Source of the DNA: Octopus sinensis
Lineage: Eukaryota
NCBI RefSeq assembly: GCF_006345805.1
Contig: NC_043014.1
Location: 49,724,001 to 49,788,000, forward strand
Length of the DNA: 64,000 nucleotides
Reading direction: 5' to 3'
Under the pieces are notes generated by a model that saw nothing but the letters and a program-made list of their open reading frames with translations, did not search any database and was not told the origin of the DNA. Both the position numbers and the translations under genes were made by a program. Of this stretch, positions 49,871-63,460 are shown in pieces (position 1 is the stretch's first letter; each line of letters starts with the position of its first letter).

Positions 49871-50275
49871 TAGAATACAGATACTGCACTTGCCAGCTTG
49901 CTAAAGTAGTTTTTCCCATTATACATGTATACAGGGTGCGGCAGAAGTTACACCCTTTTGTATATGAGTTTTCTAGTTTCTAATTGAGTTGCTTTTTTAT
50001 TTCTTAAAAGACCATTGTAATGATATGTATGTGTATCTTTGTCTGTGTTTGTCCCCCACCACTGCTTGACAACCAGTATTGGTGTGTTTACATTTTGGTA
50101 ACTTACCAGTTTTGGCAAAAGAGACTGATAGAGTAAGTACCAGGTTTTTTTTAAAAAAAGTACTGGGGCCAATTTATTTGACTAAAAATTCTTCAAGGCG
50201 GGGCCCCAGCATGGCTGTGGTCTAATGACTGAAACCAGTAACAGATAAAAGAATCCAAGGAAACTATCTGCTTTC

Positions 50276-50308
<33 letters not shown>

Positions 50309-50596
50309 TCATCATCATCGTTTAACATCCGTTAAATGCGATGGACGGTTCAACTGGGGTCTGGGAAGCCAGGAGGCTGCACCAGGCTCCAGTCTGATCT
50401 GGTAGTGTTTCTGCAGCTGGATGCCCTTCCTAACGCCAACCACTCCGTGAGTGTAGTGGGTGCTTTTATGTGCCACTGGCACAGGTGCCAGACGAGGCTG
50501 GCAATGGCCACGGCCACGATGGGCTGGTGCCCTTTACATGCCACTGACACGGAAGCCAGTCAAGGTGGCGCTGGCATCGACCCCATATATATACAT

Positions 50597-50629
<33 letters not shown>

Positions 50630-51743
50630 CACACACACACACACATATATGTATATATGTGTATACATGTGTGTTACGAACACTGGACCGACTGTAAAGC
50701 TCCATTCACTCATCTACAGTTCCGTATTCACCCGCCACGCCACCGACACTTGTAATGTAAAAACAATACTTCTAAGCGAGGCTTTGTTTCTCTGAATACC
50801 GAAACACAACACCACAACCACCACCAACACCACCACCACTGTTCATTGTTTTATTTATTTATTTATTTTGGTTGTTTTTTTTAGTTTCTGTTTTTTTTTT
50901 AAAATTTTGTTTTGTTTCGTTTTGTTTGTTTGTTTGTTAATGCCAAATGACATCCTGGTTTATATATCCTCACAAGACTATTTATTATTCAGTTTTGTTT
51001 TAAAACATTTCACTAGACACCCCACTTGAAGTGAACTGCTGCTCTTCAGGAATCTAAGCTCTCTCTCTCCATCCATCTCCTCCCCTCACTTTTGCTCTCT
51101 CCCTCCCTCCATCTCCTCCCCCCTCACTTTTGCTCTCTCTCTCTCACGATCATACACACCCACATATATTCACACACACACACACACACATACATGCTAT
51201 GATATCTAAATTTAGACATTTTCCAGGCTAAATTTATATACATCATCATCTCTCTCTCTCTCGCTTTCTCTCTGTTTTCTCCATCCCGTTCTCTCATCCT
51301 CATCTTTTCAAATCAAATTTCACCAGTTAACTCCTTCCTAACTCTCTTGTTTTTCTTTTTCTTTCCTTTCTCTCTTTCTCTCTCTCTATCTCTCTCTCCC
51401 CCCCACTCCAATCACACTTTCCCCCTGCACCCTCTCCTCCTCTCCCCTCCCCCTCTTCACATACCATTTATTCACCATATCAGGCGCACAATCATTGTGG
51501 TCACGTTCTTGTTGTTGTCGTCGTTGTTGTAGTTGTTAACGAAATCCCTTCGCAATGATGTGACGACCATAGTTTGGTAACTGTAGTGAAGCCCTCATTC
51601 TTTAAAAGTGGACCTTATTAAAAAAAGACAACACACACACACATGCACATCTGCACACATACATACAAATTGAACACACACACACACATACGTACACAAA
51701 AGTTTTGAGTAATTGGTTGTGTTGAAGAGAAAGGGAATAAATG

Positions 51744-51783
<40 letters not shown>

Positions 51784-52825
51784 TGAATAAATGAAAGAGA
51801 AAGGTAATAATTGGGTGAGAGGGAGAGAGAAGGAGAGAGAGGGAGGAGAGAGAGAGAGAAAGATAGTGTTTTTTTTTCTTCACACTAACTTTGGCTCACC
51901 TCCAAACCTTGTATGTGTAACTGGGATTATGGAAACTATGCAGAAGCCCAACAGATGCACTGCATTTGTAATTTAAGGAACCAGCTTTCTCATTGACACA
52001 CTTCATACTCTGATGCTTTGTTAGAATTACATTAAGTGTACAAGCCTCTGTGGAATACTCAACCACTTTTTAACTCAACAAGTAGGTCATTCTAGTTATT
52101 GAATAACAGGCATACTCATTGCTGAAACAGATTTTGGGCCCACCATCATTTAACATCCATTTTCCAAGCTGGCATGGTTTTGGTAGACCCAAGGCTATAA
52201 TAGAGGACACTTGGCTAAGGTACCACACAATGGGACTGAACTTGGAACCATGAGGTTGAAGACGCAATCTCCTTGCAACGCAGCCACACTTCATATCTCA
52301 AGTTAATCGTGAACCTTCATTTCAATCTCATTCGTTGGATTAAATCCTTCTTACTGACCAAAGAATACAGTGAGTAGGAATGTGTGTCTGGCGGTGGAGT
52401 TTGCTGAGCTTAGAGCACTGAACCACCAGGATTTTGTTGCTTAACCCTTTAGCATTCAAACCAGCCATATCTGGCCAAAATATTTAACCTGCTTTTTGCC
52501 TGGCTCCTGTGCCGGTGGCACGTAAAAAGCACCATCTGATCGTGGCCATTGCCAGCCTTGCCTGGCCCCCAGACCGGTGGCACGTAAAGAGCACCATCCA
52601 ACCATGGCCATTTGCCAGCCCCGTCTGGCACCTGTGCTGGTGACACGTAAAAAGCACCCACTACACACACGGAGTGGTTGGCGTTAGGAAGGGCATCCAG
52701 CTGTAGAAACATTGCTAGATCAGACTGGGCCTGGTGCAGCCTTCTGGCTTCCCAGACCCCAGTTGAACCGTCCAACCCATGGTAGCATGGAAAGCGGACG
52801 CTAAACGATGATGATGATCATCGTC

Positions 52826-53105
52826 ATTGTTCGACCGTGGTCGAGACAATGGAATTTACTATGTTATGCCAGACTTCACGGTTCATCATAGCATTACGGA
52901 AGTCCTGTTGCTGGATGCCTGTATCCCTGGGGATTACATCATTGTTGTTGACTGTGTGCTACGTATGTCAGTTGATACCATTTCTGGCAAGGGCTTTGAA
53001 ATAAAACCTAGAAGTTCCAGACACCCAGCTGAATACTTAACAGACACTGGCTTTGCTGACGACATCGCTCTTATCAGTGATTCTCTCTCCAATGCCCAGT
53101 TTCTT
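52826..53105 (-). mobile_element. RTE LINE insertion with an inverted 5' segment
   Basis: 52826-52940 is the reverse complement of 32185-32296 (3' end). 52941-53105 on the + strand encodes VDCVLRMSVD..EYLTDTGFADDIALIS (RT catalytic motif). Confidence 0.75.
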
Positions 53106-53236
53106 GAACCTGTTTTATATTGAAACTGACCAGATCTCGCCTCTCACCCCAGCCCTACAATGTCATTCTAAAACTAAAAAAATCACATCACTGGAATCTC
53201 TAAACTACAAGATAATGCATGATTAATTCAAACCAT

Positions 53237-53658
53237 GGATCTTTTCAGTTTGAACGGCAGTTTTTTCTAGCGGTGTCATATGAAATTATCACCCATAATT
53301 ATGACCCTAGTATTGATCCATTGCATTTCAATCTGTTTTAGGGTTAGGGTTGGTTATGGGTTGGGGGAAGGGTATCTTTTTTTTGTTCAGAAATGTAAAT
53401 AAACCCAATCTGTTTCTTAAACGAGGGACATGTTCATATGGCACAGAATGTTTTCACCTCAATAGACATCATTGATTGGTTGAAATTGCAAAAATTGAAG
53501 ATAAAAAACAACAAATATCTAACAAACTATAGAATTTTCTCAATAAAGCCAAGAGAAAAAGATGTTTTATAAACACATCCTACCAGTATACGAAGTTTAA
53601 AAGTGTTTAGTTACGTGGAAATTATTTTTAAAAACTGCTGTTCAAACCGAAAAGATCC
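53237..53658. mobile_element. Merlin-like MITE, second copy
   Basis: ggatcttttcagtttgaacggcagttttt ... gaaaagatcc, with the 8-bp TSD caaaccat at 53229-53236 and 53659-53666. Confidence 0.8.
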
Positions 53659-54210
53659 CAAACCATTTTAAATAAACAAACATCACATTTGACAGAATAA
53701 TCTGAACACTAAAGGGTTAAACCCTGATAATTTTTGAATTCGGTTTTCTTTTACCTATCTTTTCGCTTCTCTTGGTAGTTTGTTCTGTACTTGTCTTCAT
53801 CGTGACCTTCAACTTATATCCCAAACCTATGTCTTTACTACCCACAAAGGGCTAAACACAGAGGGTACAAACAAGGACAGACAAACGGATTAAGTCAATT
53901 ATATCGATCCCAGTGCGTAACTGGTACTTATTTAATCGACCCCGAAAGGATGAAAGGCAAAGTCCACCTGAGCGGAATTTGAACTCAGAACATAGCGGCA
54001 GACGAAATACCGCTAAGCATTTCGCCCGGTGTGCTAACGTTTCTGCCAGCTCACCACCTTCGTATATATCATCATCATCATCATCGTTTAACGTCCGTTT
54101 TCCGCGCTAGCACGGGTTGGACGGTTCGACCGGGGTCTGGGGAGTCAGGGGCTGCCCCAGGCTCCAGTCTGGTCTGGCAGTGTTTCTACGGCTGGATGCC
54201 CTTCCTAACG

Positions 54211-54253
<43 letters not shown>

Positions 54254-54449
54254 GTATATATATATGTATATGTGTATGTATATATGTGTATGTATATGTG
54301 TATGTATATGTGTATATATGTGTATGTATATGTGTATATATATGTATATGTGTATGTATATGTGTATATATATGTATATGTGTATATATATGTATATGTG
54401 TATATATATGTATATGTGTATATATATGTATATGGTATATATATATATG

Positions 54450-54514
<65 letters not shown>

Positions 54515-54608
54515 AACACACACTTGCATACATATTTATATACGGACCACAAACACATACATATATGTGAGTGGTGAGTGCATATATACATACATACATA
54601 TATATATA

Positions 54609-54654
<46 letters not shown>

Positions 54655-55374
54655 TATCCTGTTGCTGACCTTGACTTTGTTCAATGACCATAATGATGGC
54701 AATAGCTTGTGCTCTCAACATTGATCTAATCCTCTCCTTACACACACACACACACACACATTGTCTCTCTCTGTGCTAGTCCATAGACAGCCTTTGTCTT
54801 GGTCATTATAAATATCTCTTCTCTATACCACATCACTTAATGGACATTGACTCCAGCTTACAGCTTAAGAGCACAATATCTTTTATTGGAGTGTTTGTGG
54901 CTGCGCTCTTGAACCAGCTGTATGCTTTGCCAGCCTACATACGTACATGCAGGATGTTTTTACGAGATCCCACTAATGTGGTTGGCTGTTGGCTCACAAC
55001 GATCTCATCCGTCCTTTGACAGGTCTTGTTTTCAGTCCTGCAGAGTGTCCGCAAACATCCTTCTCATCTGACAAGCTAGGTCGGGTAACTCGTTTGCTCG
55101 ATGACCATCTGACCATGAAACAAATGGTATTGGGTTACGTATTACCAGCAGCAGGATTTTCCTGGCTTCTTTTGTTTTTTTTTTAACTTAGCAACCTCGC
55201 AGGGGCCCCGCCCAGTACTTGTATGTATTTTTTAAGCTTTGGTATTTATTTTATCAGCTTATTTTTGTCAAAAGGATGTAAACACTGGTTGTCAAGCAGT
55301 GGTTGGAGACAAACACAGACACAAAGAATCACACATATAGATATATGTACATACAATGGGCTTCTTTCAGTTTC

Positions 55375-55988
55375 TTATTTCTTTATTGCCCACAAGGGGC
55401 TGAATACACGGGGGACAAACAAGGACAGACAAAGGGATTAAGTCAATTACATCGACCCCCCCCCCCAGTGCGTAACTGGTACTTAATTTATCAACCCTGA
55501 AAGGAGGAAAGGCTAAGTCAACCTCGGTGGAATTTGAACTCAGAACGTAGCGGCAGACGAAATACCTATTTCTTTACTGCCCACAAGGGGCTAAACACAG
55601 AGGGGACAAATAAGGACAGACAAAGGGATTAAGTCGATTACATTGACCCCAGTGTGTAACTGGTACTTAATTTATCAACCCTGAGAGGATGAAAAGCTAA
55701 GTCGACCTCCGTGGAATTTGAACTCAGAACGTAGTGGCAGACGAAATACCTATTTCTTTATTACCCACAAGGGGTTAAACACAGAGAGGATAAATAAGGA
55801 CAGACAAAGGGATTAAGTCGATTACATCGACCCCCCCCCCAGTGCGTAACTGGTACTTAATTTATCGACCCCGAAAGGAGGAAAGGCTAAGTCAGCCTTG
55901 GCGGAATTTGAACTCAGAACGTAGCGATAGGTGAAATACCACTAAACATTTCACCTGGCGTGCTAACGTTTCTGCCAGCTCGCCGCCT
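55375..55988 (-). mobile_element. Family B SINE, tandem trimer
   Basis: Two identical junctions gacgaaatac|ctatttcttt at about 55565 and 55750. Confidence 0.85.
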
Positions 55989-58244
55989 TTCAGTTTCTGC
56001 CTACCAAATCCACTCACATGGGTTTGATCAGCCGGGGCTGTAGTAGAAGACACTTGTTCAAGTTGCCACACAGTAGGGCTGAACTCGGAAGCATGTGGTT
56101 GGGAAGCGAACTTCTTACCACATGAACCTATATCTCATCATCATCATCATCGTGGTTTAACATCCGTTTTCCACTCTGTGAGTGTAGTGGGTGCTTTTTA
56201 CGTGCCACCAGCACAGGTGCCAGACGGGGCTGGCAAATGGCCATGGTCAGATGGTGCCTTTTACGTGCCACTGGCACGGGGGCCAGACGAAGCTGGCAAC
56301 GGCCAAGATCGGATGGTAGAACAAGCTTCTTTCATTTTCCATTTACCGAATCCATTGATAAGGCTTTGGTCAACCTGGGACTAGAATAGAAGACACTTGC
56401 CCAAGGTGTCATACAGTGGGACTGAACCCAGAACCATGTGGTTGGGAAGCAAACTTCTTAACCACACAGCTACACCTCTGCATATTACACCCACACCCAC
56501 ACACGGACACAAAGTAAGTTAGCAGGAGCATGAATATCCTAGCAGCATGCTTGTACAGACAAATGATTGGTAGATCAATTCATTTCCACGGCTACAATTT
56601 TACCTGTATTTGCCCCAAAAGCATTGATTAAAAACTGTCATCAGTTTAGCAGCAACACCTGTTGTTTCTAACGCCACCACTTCAAAGAGACATGCGAAGC
56701 AGTTACGTATACTAACACGACTTTGCCACCCCCAGGCATTGTCGCAATGCTCACCTGAAGAACCATGGCCTCCAAACTTGTCGCTGTCTGTGAAAGAGTT
56801 TGGTGACGAGAGGCCTGACCAGTGGTCATTCGTTGGTGTGAGTGTGGCGGGTGGAAGGAAAACTATGTGTACTTGTTGTCATATTCTGTAATACCACTAA
56901 GTTCCTAATGACCTTGACTGAGCTTAAATTATCTCGTAGACAGAGGTTAAAAGCCTATTCTTGTTGCTAATTGATCTATTCTTCTCTACCTTCGTTAATA
57001 ATCTTCGTTAATCCCGATCGACCTGTTCATGTAAATGTTTCAAGTTGTATTTACTATTCTTGTTAATTCAGCAATTCTTTCATAAAACTGACATTGATCC
57101 TTCCTGGCTGCTTAACGAGGATTATACTAATTACTATAAATTAATTCATTCTCTCAAGAACAACAATGATTTCTTTCCCTGCTTTTATATTCTCTTAATT
57201 TTTCTTCAGATTTTCTTTTTTGTTGTTTTTACCAAAATATTTTCATTCTTTACATATTTTTTTTTTCATATTACCTTAAAAAACTCATTTTATTTGTTAA
57301 TTACTTTTCTATTATTTAATTACATAATTGTATTGGCTGTGGTGCTGAGAGTAGATAGCTAATTTGATTATGTAAAGGTTTTGGTGGTAGCAGAGGGGTT
57401 ATAGAAATAATTTGACCAAGGAGGCATGGCTGAGTGGTAAGAACTTTGCTTCCCAACCACATGGTTCTGGGTTCAGTCCCATTGTATGGCACTTTAGGTA
57501 AGTGTCTTCTACTATAGCACTGGGCTGACCAAAGCCTTGTGAGTGGATTTAGTAGATGGAAACTCTTTTGTCTGTTTCCTCATTATGACCAAAAAGTCAC
57601 AATCATCATCGTTTAAAGTCCGCTTTCCTTGCTGGCATGGGTTGGACGATTTTGACCGAGGACTGGCGAACCAGATGGCTGCACCAGGTTCCAATCTTGA
57701 TCTGGCAGAGTTTCTACAGCTGGATGCCCTTCCGAATGCCAACCACTCCGAGAGTGTAGTGGGTGCTTTTTACATGCCACAGGCACGGGGGCCAGTCAGG
57801 CGATACTGGCAACAACCTCGCTCAAATCTTTTTACACATGCTACCGGCACAGGTGCCAGTAAGGCGACACTGGTAACAATCACACTCGAATGGTGCTTTT
57901 TACGTGCCACCAGCACAGAAGCCAGTTAGCTGCTCTGGCAACGATCATGCTCGGATGTTGCCCTTGGCATCCTACTAGCACAGGCACAGGTGCCAGTAAG
58001 GCGACGCTGGTAACGATCACACTCGAATGGTGCCTTTTATGTGCCACTGGCACGGAAGCCAGTTAGCTGCTCTGTCTACGATCACACTCATATGGTTCTC
58101 TTTGCACCCTGCTAGCACGGATGCCAGTCATGGAATTTGATTTTGATTTTGATTTGATACTGTCTTTAACCTTTTAGCACTCAGATTATTCTGTCATATG
58201 TGATATTTATTTATTCACATTGTTTTGAATAAATTAAGCCTGTC

Positions 58245-58275
<31 letters not shown>

Positions 58276-58639
58276 ATATATTATATATATATATATATAT
58301 AAATAACTGAGTAGTTGAATGAATTATCTTATTATCGATAATTCGGTTAACCGATACCTGGGTAGCAAATTCACGTCAGAAAAACACGGTTGAAACTACA
58401 TGCCTAGGGCAGAGATCACGTGCTATCGTGTAGAAATTTGTGTGTTTATATATATATATATATATAAATTATGATATTTCTAATATTTTCGGTATGTGGT
58501 TTTGAGCAACTTGTTGCAATTAACCCTTTATTATAATTAATATAATCCTTACCAAATATGGTCATTTTCATACCAAAAAAACTACTAGGTGAAATTTATT
58601 AATTTTATTAAATTAATTATATTTCACCCTTATATGTAT

Positions 58640-58672
<33 letters not shown>

Positions 58673-59299
58673 ATATGTATGTAAATATATCTATGTGTGT
58701 GTGTGTCTTTGAATCTGTGTTTGTCCTCCCCATCACTGCCTGACTACCAGTGTTGGTGATTCTGTGTTCCCCCGTAACCTAGCAGTTCAGCAAAAGAGTC
58801 CGATAGAATGAGTACCAGGCTTAAAAAATAAATCCTAGGGTTGGTTCATTTGTATAAAAATTCAAGGCAGTGCCCCAGCTTAGCCAGTCTAACGACAAAC
58901 AATTAAAAAAGAGAAAAAGACCTATATACACATCCTGTATTTTCTGGCATAGGGGTCAATATAATAATATATAACGTAAATATTCAAAGACCATCACTAA
59001 CTTTCCAAACGCTGCTGCTGTTTCCCATGGAATTTTTGGTCTTGCTACTAAGTCATATCAGTGTATAAGACATAGTACCTTTTCTGGGTGTAAATTGATT
59101 TGTAGGCTGGACAATACGATGTTTAAATTATGTATGCTTATACACGTGTGTATGCATGTATGTGTATGTATGTATATGTGTGCATGCATGTTTGTGTGGG
59201 TCTATATGTATATATATATATATAAATTCAGGGTGAAGCTTGAAACACGTGTACCGCGACATCCGTTGTGTTCTGTTTTTTATTTCATTTGATGTAATA

Positions 59300-59346
<47 letters not shown>

Positions 59347-59687
59347 CATATATATACATAATATACATATACATACATATATACATATAATACATATATC
59401 ATATACATACATATATACATACATATATATATATACATATATATATATGTATATATATGTGTGTGTGTGTGTGCTTGTGTATATGCATCTGTGCAAATAT
59501 ATGCGTGTTTATTGTGTATTTGTATATATATATATATATATGCATGTGTCCGTGTGTATATATATATATAAATATGTGTGTGAACACACACACACACACG
59601 CATACAAACACACACACACACATACAAACACACACACATACAAACACACACACATACAAACACACACATACAAACACACACATACAA

Positions 59688-59718
<31 letters not shown>

Positions 59719-60499
59719 CAAAGATACACACATACAAACACACACACATACAAACACACACAAGCACACACACACAAAATAATTACCATTATTTCAGTAA
59801 TGAGTATTATTTCCACTTGTTGTCAAATTCAAATATATTTTATATTGTTTGTGTGTGTGTGTGTGTGTGTATATATGTGTATTGTGTGTGTGTGTGTGTG
59901 AATAAACAATGTTGACTCAACAGCAGAGAGAGAGAGAGAGAGAGAGTCATTACTACAGCACCCAAGCTGGGTCAGTGTGACCTCCTCCCTTCTACTGGGA
60001 TTGGAATATATAGGTAGAAGAATGGGCAATATATACGTTCATTGTATACTCTGCAAATGTCTATGTTTCTATCTGCATCTGTGTGTGAGTGTGTGTGTGT
60101 GTGTGAGTGTGTGTGTGTGTGTGTGTGAGTGTGTGTGTGTGTGTGTGTGTGAGTGTGTGTGTGTGTGTGTGAGTGTGTGTGTGTGTGAGTGTGTGTGTGT
60201 GTGAGTGTGTGTGTGTGTGAGTGTGTGTGTGTGTGAGTGTGTGTGAGTGTTGTGTGTGTGTGTGTGAGTGTGTGTGTGTGTGAGTGTGTGTGTGTGTGTG
60301 AGTGTTGTGTGTGTGTGTGTGAGTGTGTGTGTGTGTGTGAGTGTGGTGTGAGTGTGTGTGTGTGTGAGTGTGTGTGTGTGTGTGTGAGTGTGTGTGTGTG
60401 TTTCTGTGCACGTTTCAGCTGCCTTGTTCTCTCACTGCCAATCTCTGTATGTCTGCTTTCTTCTCTCTCTCTCTCTCTCTGTTTCTGTCTGTCTGTCTC

Positions 60500-60530
<31 letters not shown>

Positions 60531-60692
60531 CTCTCTCTCTTTACTGATCTATCCGCTTCACTATGTGTCTGTCTGTCTGTCAGGCCAACGACCGACCGGC
60601 AATCTTCCTATCCATCCAGCTGTCTGGCCATCCCACCAACCAACTCTCTGGCCATCTAAACAGCTGTCCACTACACACACACACACACAAGA

Positions 60693-60741
<49 letters not shown>

Positions 60742-60845
60742 TATGGGTGTGTCCCCCTCCATTTTCCTACCTGAATGTCTGACGGTATTGGCCACTTACC
60801 TCCCCATCTGGCTCTCCCTAATCACTGTACATGTATGGACGATAA

Positions 60846-61247
60846 GGCGGCGAACTGGCAGAAACGTTAGCACGCCGGGCGAAATGCTCAGCAGTATTTC
60901 GTCTGCCGTTTCGGTCTGAGTTCAAATTCCGCCGAGGTCAACTTTGCCTTTCATCCTTTTGGGGTCGATTGAATAAGTACCAGTTACGCACTGGGGTCGA
61001 TGTAATCGACTTAATCTGTTTGTCCTCTCTGTGTTTAGCCCCTTGTGGGTAGTAAAGAAATAGGTATTTCGTCTGCCGTTACGGTCTGAGTTCAAATTCC
61101 GCCGAGGTCAACTTTGCCTTTCATCCTTTCGGAGTCGATTAAATAAGTACCAGTTACGCACTGGTGTCGATGTAATCGACTTAATCCGTTTGTCTGTCCC
61201 TGTTTGTCCTCTCTGTGTTTAGCCCCTTGTGGGTAGTAAAGAAATAT
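60846..61247 (+). mobile_element. Family B SINE, tandem dimer
   Basis: The junction aaagaaatag|gtatttcgtctgcc is at about 61063. Confidence 0.85.
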
Positions 61248-61898
61248 GTATTGGCCACTTACCTCTCCATCTGGCTCTCCCTACTCACTGTATATGTTCG
61301 GAGGTGCAGGTATGGATGTGTGGTTAAGAAACTTGCTTCTCAGCCAGGTGGTCTTGGGTTCAGTTCCACCGTGCAACATTTTGGACCGGTGGTCATCTGC
61401 TATAGACCTGGGCTGACCAAAGCCTTGTGAGTGGATTTCCGAGATGGAAAACCGAATGAAGCTCGTCATATATGTATATCTCTGTGTGTGTGTGTGTGTG
61501 CTCTTGTCATGACATCATGCACTGGCTGTAAACGTGCATTACTGTCATACAAGCAGTGTTGTTTGTTTCCAGTCTTCCGTAAAAAACATGTCTGGCCATG
61601 GGGAAATACTACCATACTTGGAAACAGGTAAGGTTTGGAGACAGGAAAGGCATCTAGCTGTAAAAAGCTGCTTTAATACTCAGACATGCAGGCTTGGAAC
61701 GTGGACATTAAAGGGTAATAATGTTGATTATGTGTGTGTGTGTGTGTGTGTGTGTGCATGTATGTACGTGTGTATATATATATATGTATATATACTGGAG
61801 TAAACACATAAATGTGAAACAAGGTGGAAAAAAGAGTACTCAAATACCAGGGGTAGAGTAATATGCTTTATTTCAAAGCAGCAGAAATTCAACAAAAC

Positions 61899-61936
61899 CT
61901 GTTACTCTGAGTTTCACGTTCCCGTTCATCGGACAG
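61899..61936 (-). ncRNA. Minimal type I hammerhead motif, U4C core variant
   Basis: ctgt CCGATGA acg-GGAA-cgt GAAA ctc-a-gag T A acag. All three stems pair. Confidence 0.7.
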
Positions 61937-61976
61937 CTTTTGTTAAAAAAAAGAATTTTTTTTTTTTGGACAAAAA

Positions 61977-62014
61977 CTGTCCGACGAACGGGAACGTGAA
62001 ACTCAGAGTAACAG
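61977..62014 (+). ncRNA. Minimal type I hammerhead motif, U4C core variant
   Basis: ctgt CCGACGA acg-GGAA-cgt GAAA ctc-a-gag T A acag. Stem I can extend via gacaaaa/ttttgtt, and the predicted cut is after 62010. Confidence 0.7.
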
Positions 62015-62048
62015 GTTTTGTTGAATTTCTGCTGCTTTAAAATAAAGC

Positions 62049-62086
<38 letters not shown>

Positions 62087-63295
62087 ATATATATAAGTAA
62101 ATAGAAACATACAGCCTAAAAGGAAGCACCTGAAATCTCTCCAATGTGAATTTCCACAAAGCAGCTTGGAAATCAATCCAAAATGAGATCCTTGTAAAGT
62201 CCGCTATCGATTACTAACTTAACAAAAGGCAATCCTCTAACCAGAGAAACCGTGACTTGCATTCTGGGAAACAATCCTCTCTACTTCTCTCCTATAACTA
62301 CAAAGGCTGAAATTTTGGTGGGATTGGGGACAGACAGTCGATTACCGTGATCCCAATTTTTGGCTGTACTTTTTTTATAATTGACCCTCGGAAGATGGAA
62401 GACAGAGTCAACCTTGGTGGAATTTGAACTCAAAACATAACGACAGGCAAAATGCAGCTAGGCATTTTGTCTGGCGTACTAACAATTCTGCCAGCTTGCA
62501 TGGGAAGCAGTCGTAACAACAAGAACAACACCAGTAAATCCAATACCACGGAATTGTAATGACTGTTGTTGTTTAACCCCAGGTCAACCATGTTTGAGCA
62601 GACCTATGATCAAAAGCATTCCAACATGATCATCCTCTCTGCTTAGGCATACCTATACCAAGACGGTGAGCTGGCAGAAACATTAGCACACCAGGTACAA
62701 TGCTTAGTGGTATTTCGTCTTCCTTTACGTTCTGAGTTCAAATTCTGCCGAGGTCGACTTTGCCATTCATCCTTTCAGGGTCAATAAATTAAGTACCAGT
62801 TATGCACTGGGGTCGATGCAATCGACTTAATCCCTCTGTCTGTCCTTGTTTGTCCCCTCTATGTTTAGCCCCTTGTGGGCAATAAAGAAATAGGTGTACC
62901 TATACCTACATTGTCCAATATGACCTTTTCTTATTTAAGACAGGAAGTGTATTTGAAGGAGATTTGGTTGCTATTTCCAGCATGTCAGTGGACCATGTAG
63001 AGGTTTCCCTCCTTAGCCTGTGGACCTTAATCAACCCTTTCAGCATTTAAACTGGGCCAGATCTGACCCAAATATTTATCTGTTTTATGTTGAAACCAAC
63101 CAGCCTCTCACACCTACCCAACAATGTCATTCTAAAAATAGACCGTCACATCATTGAAATCTTGAAGCTGTGAGATAATTGATGATTAATTCAGACCATT
63201 GGGAATAAAGAGAAATCTGAATGTTAAAAGGTTGCTGGCATGAATGCGTATAGCTTAATAAAGTATAAAAAAGCAAATTTTCATTTCAATTCATA

Positions 63296-63459
63296 GGCGC
63301 AGGAGTGGCTGTGTGGTAAGTAGCTTGCTAGCCTACCACATGGTTCCGGGTTCAGTCCCACTGCGTGGCACCTTGGGCAAGTGTCTTCTGCTATAGCCCC
63401 GGCCAACCAATGCCTTGTGAGTGGATTTGGTAGACGGAAACTGAAAGAAGCCCGTCGTA

Positions 63460-63460
<1 letters not shown>
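63296..63460 (+). mobile_element. CORE-type SINE, family A, 5' half
   Basis: ggcgcaggagtggctgtgtggtaag..caccttgggcaag..gaaagaagcccgtcg, running into (TA)n. Confidence 0.85.

Larger units (their letters stand above)
61795..62052. mobile_element. Penelope-like asymmetric palindromic element with two hammerhead motifs (family 3)
   Basis: Arms are 61861-61944 and 61969-62052, and the left arm extends a further 66 bp. It is flanked by (TA)n. Confidence 0.8.

Noticed and set aside
56540-56830. Possible Helitron/Pif1 helicase remnant on the minus strand (MPGGGK.. / VVALETTGVAAKLM)
   Set aside because: The two weak motif resemblances are in different frames and no further helicase motifs follow. 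This is too weak without a profile search.
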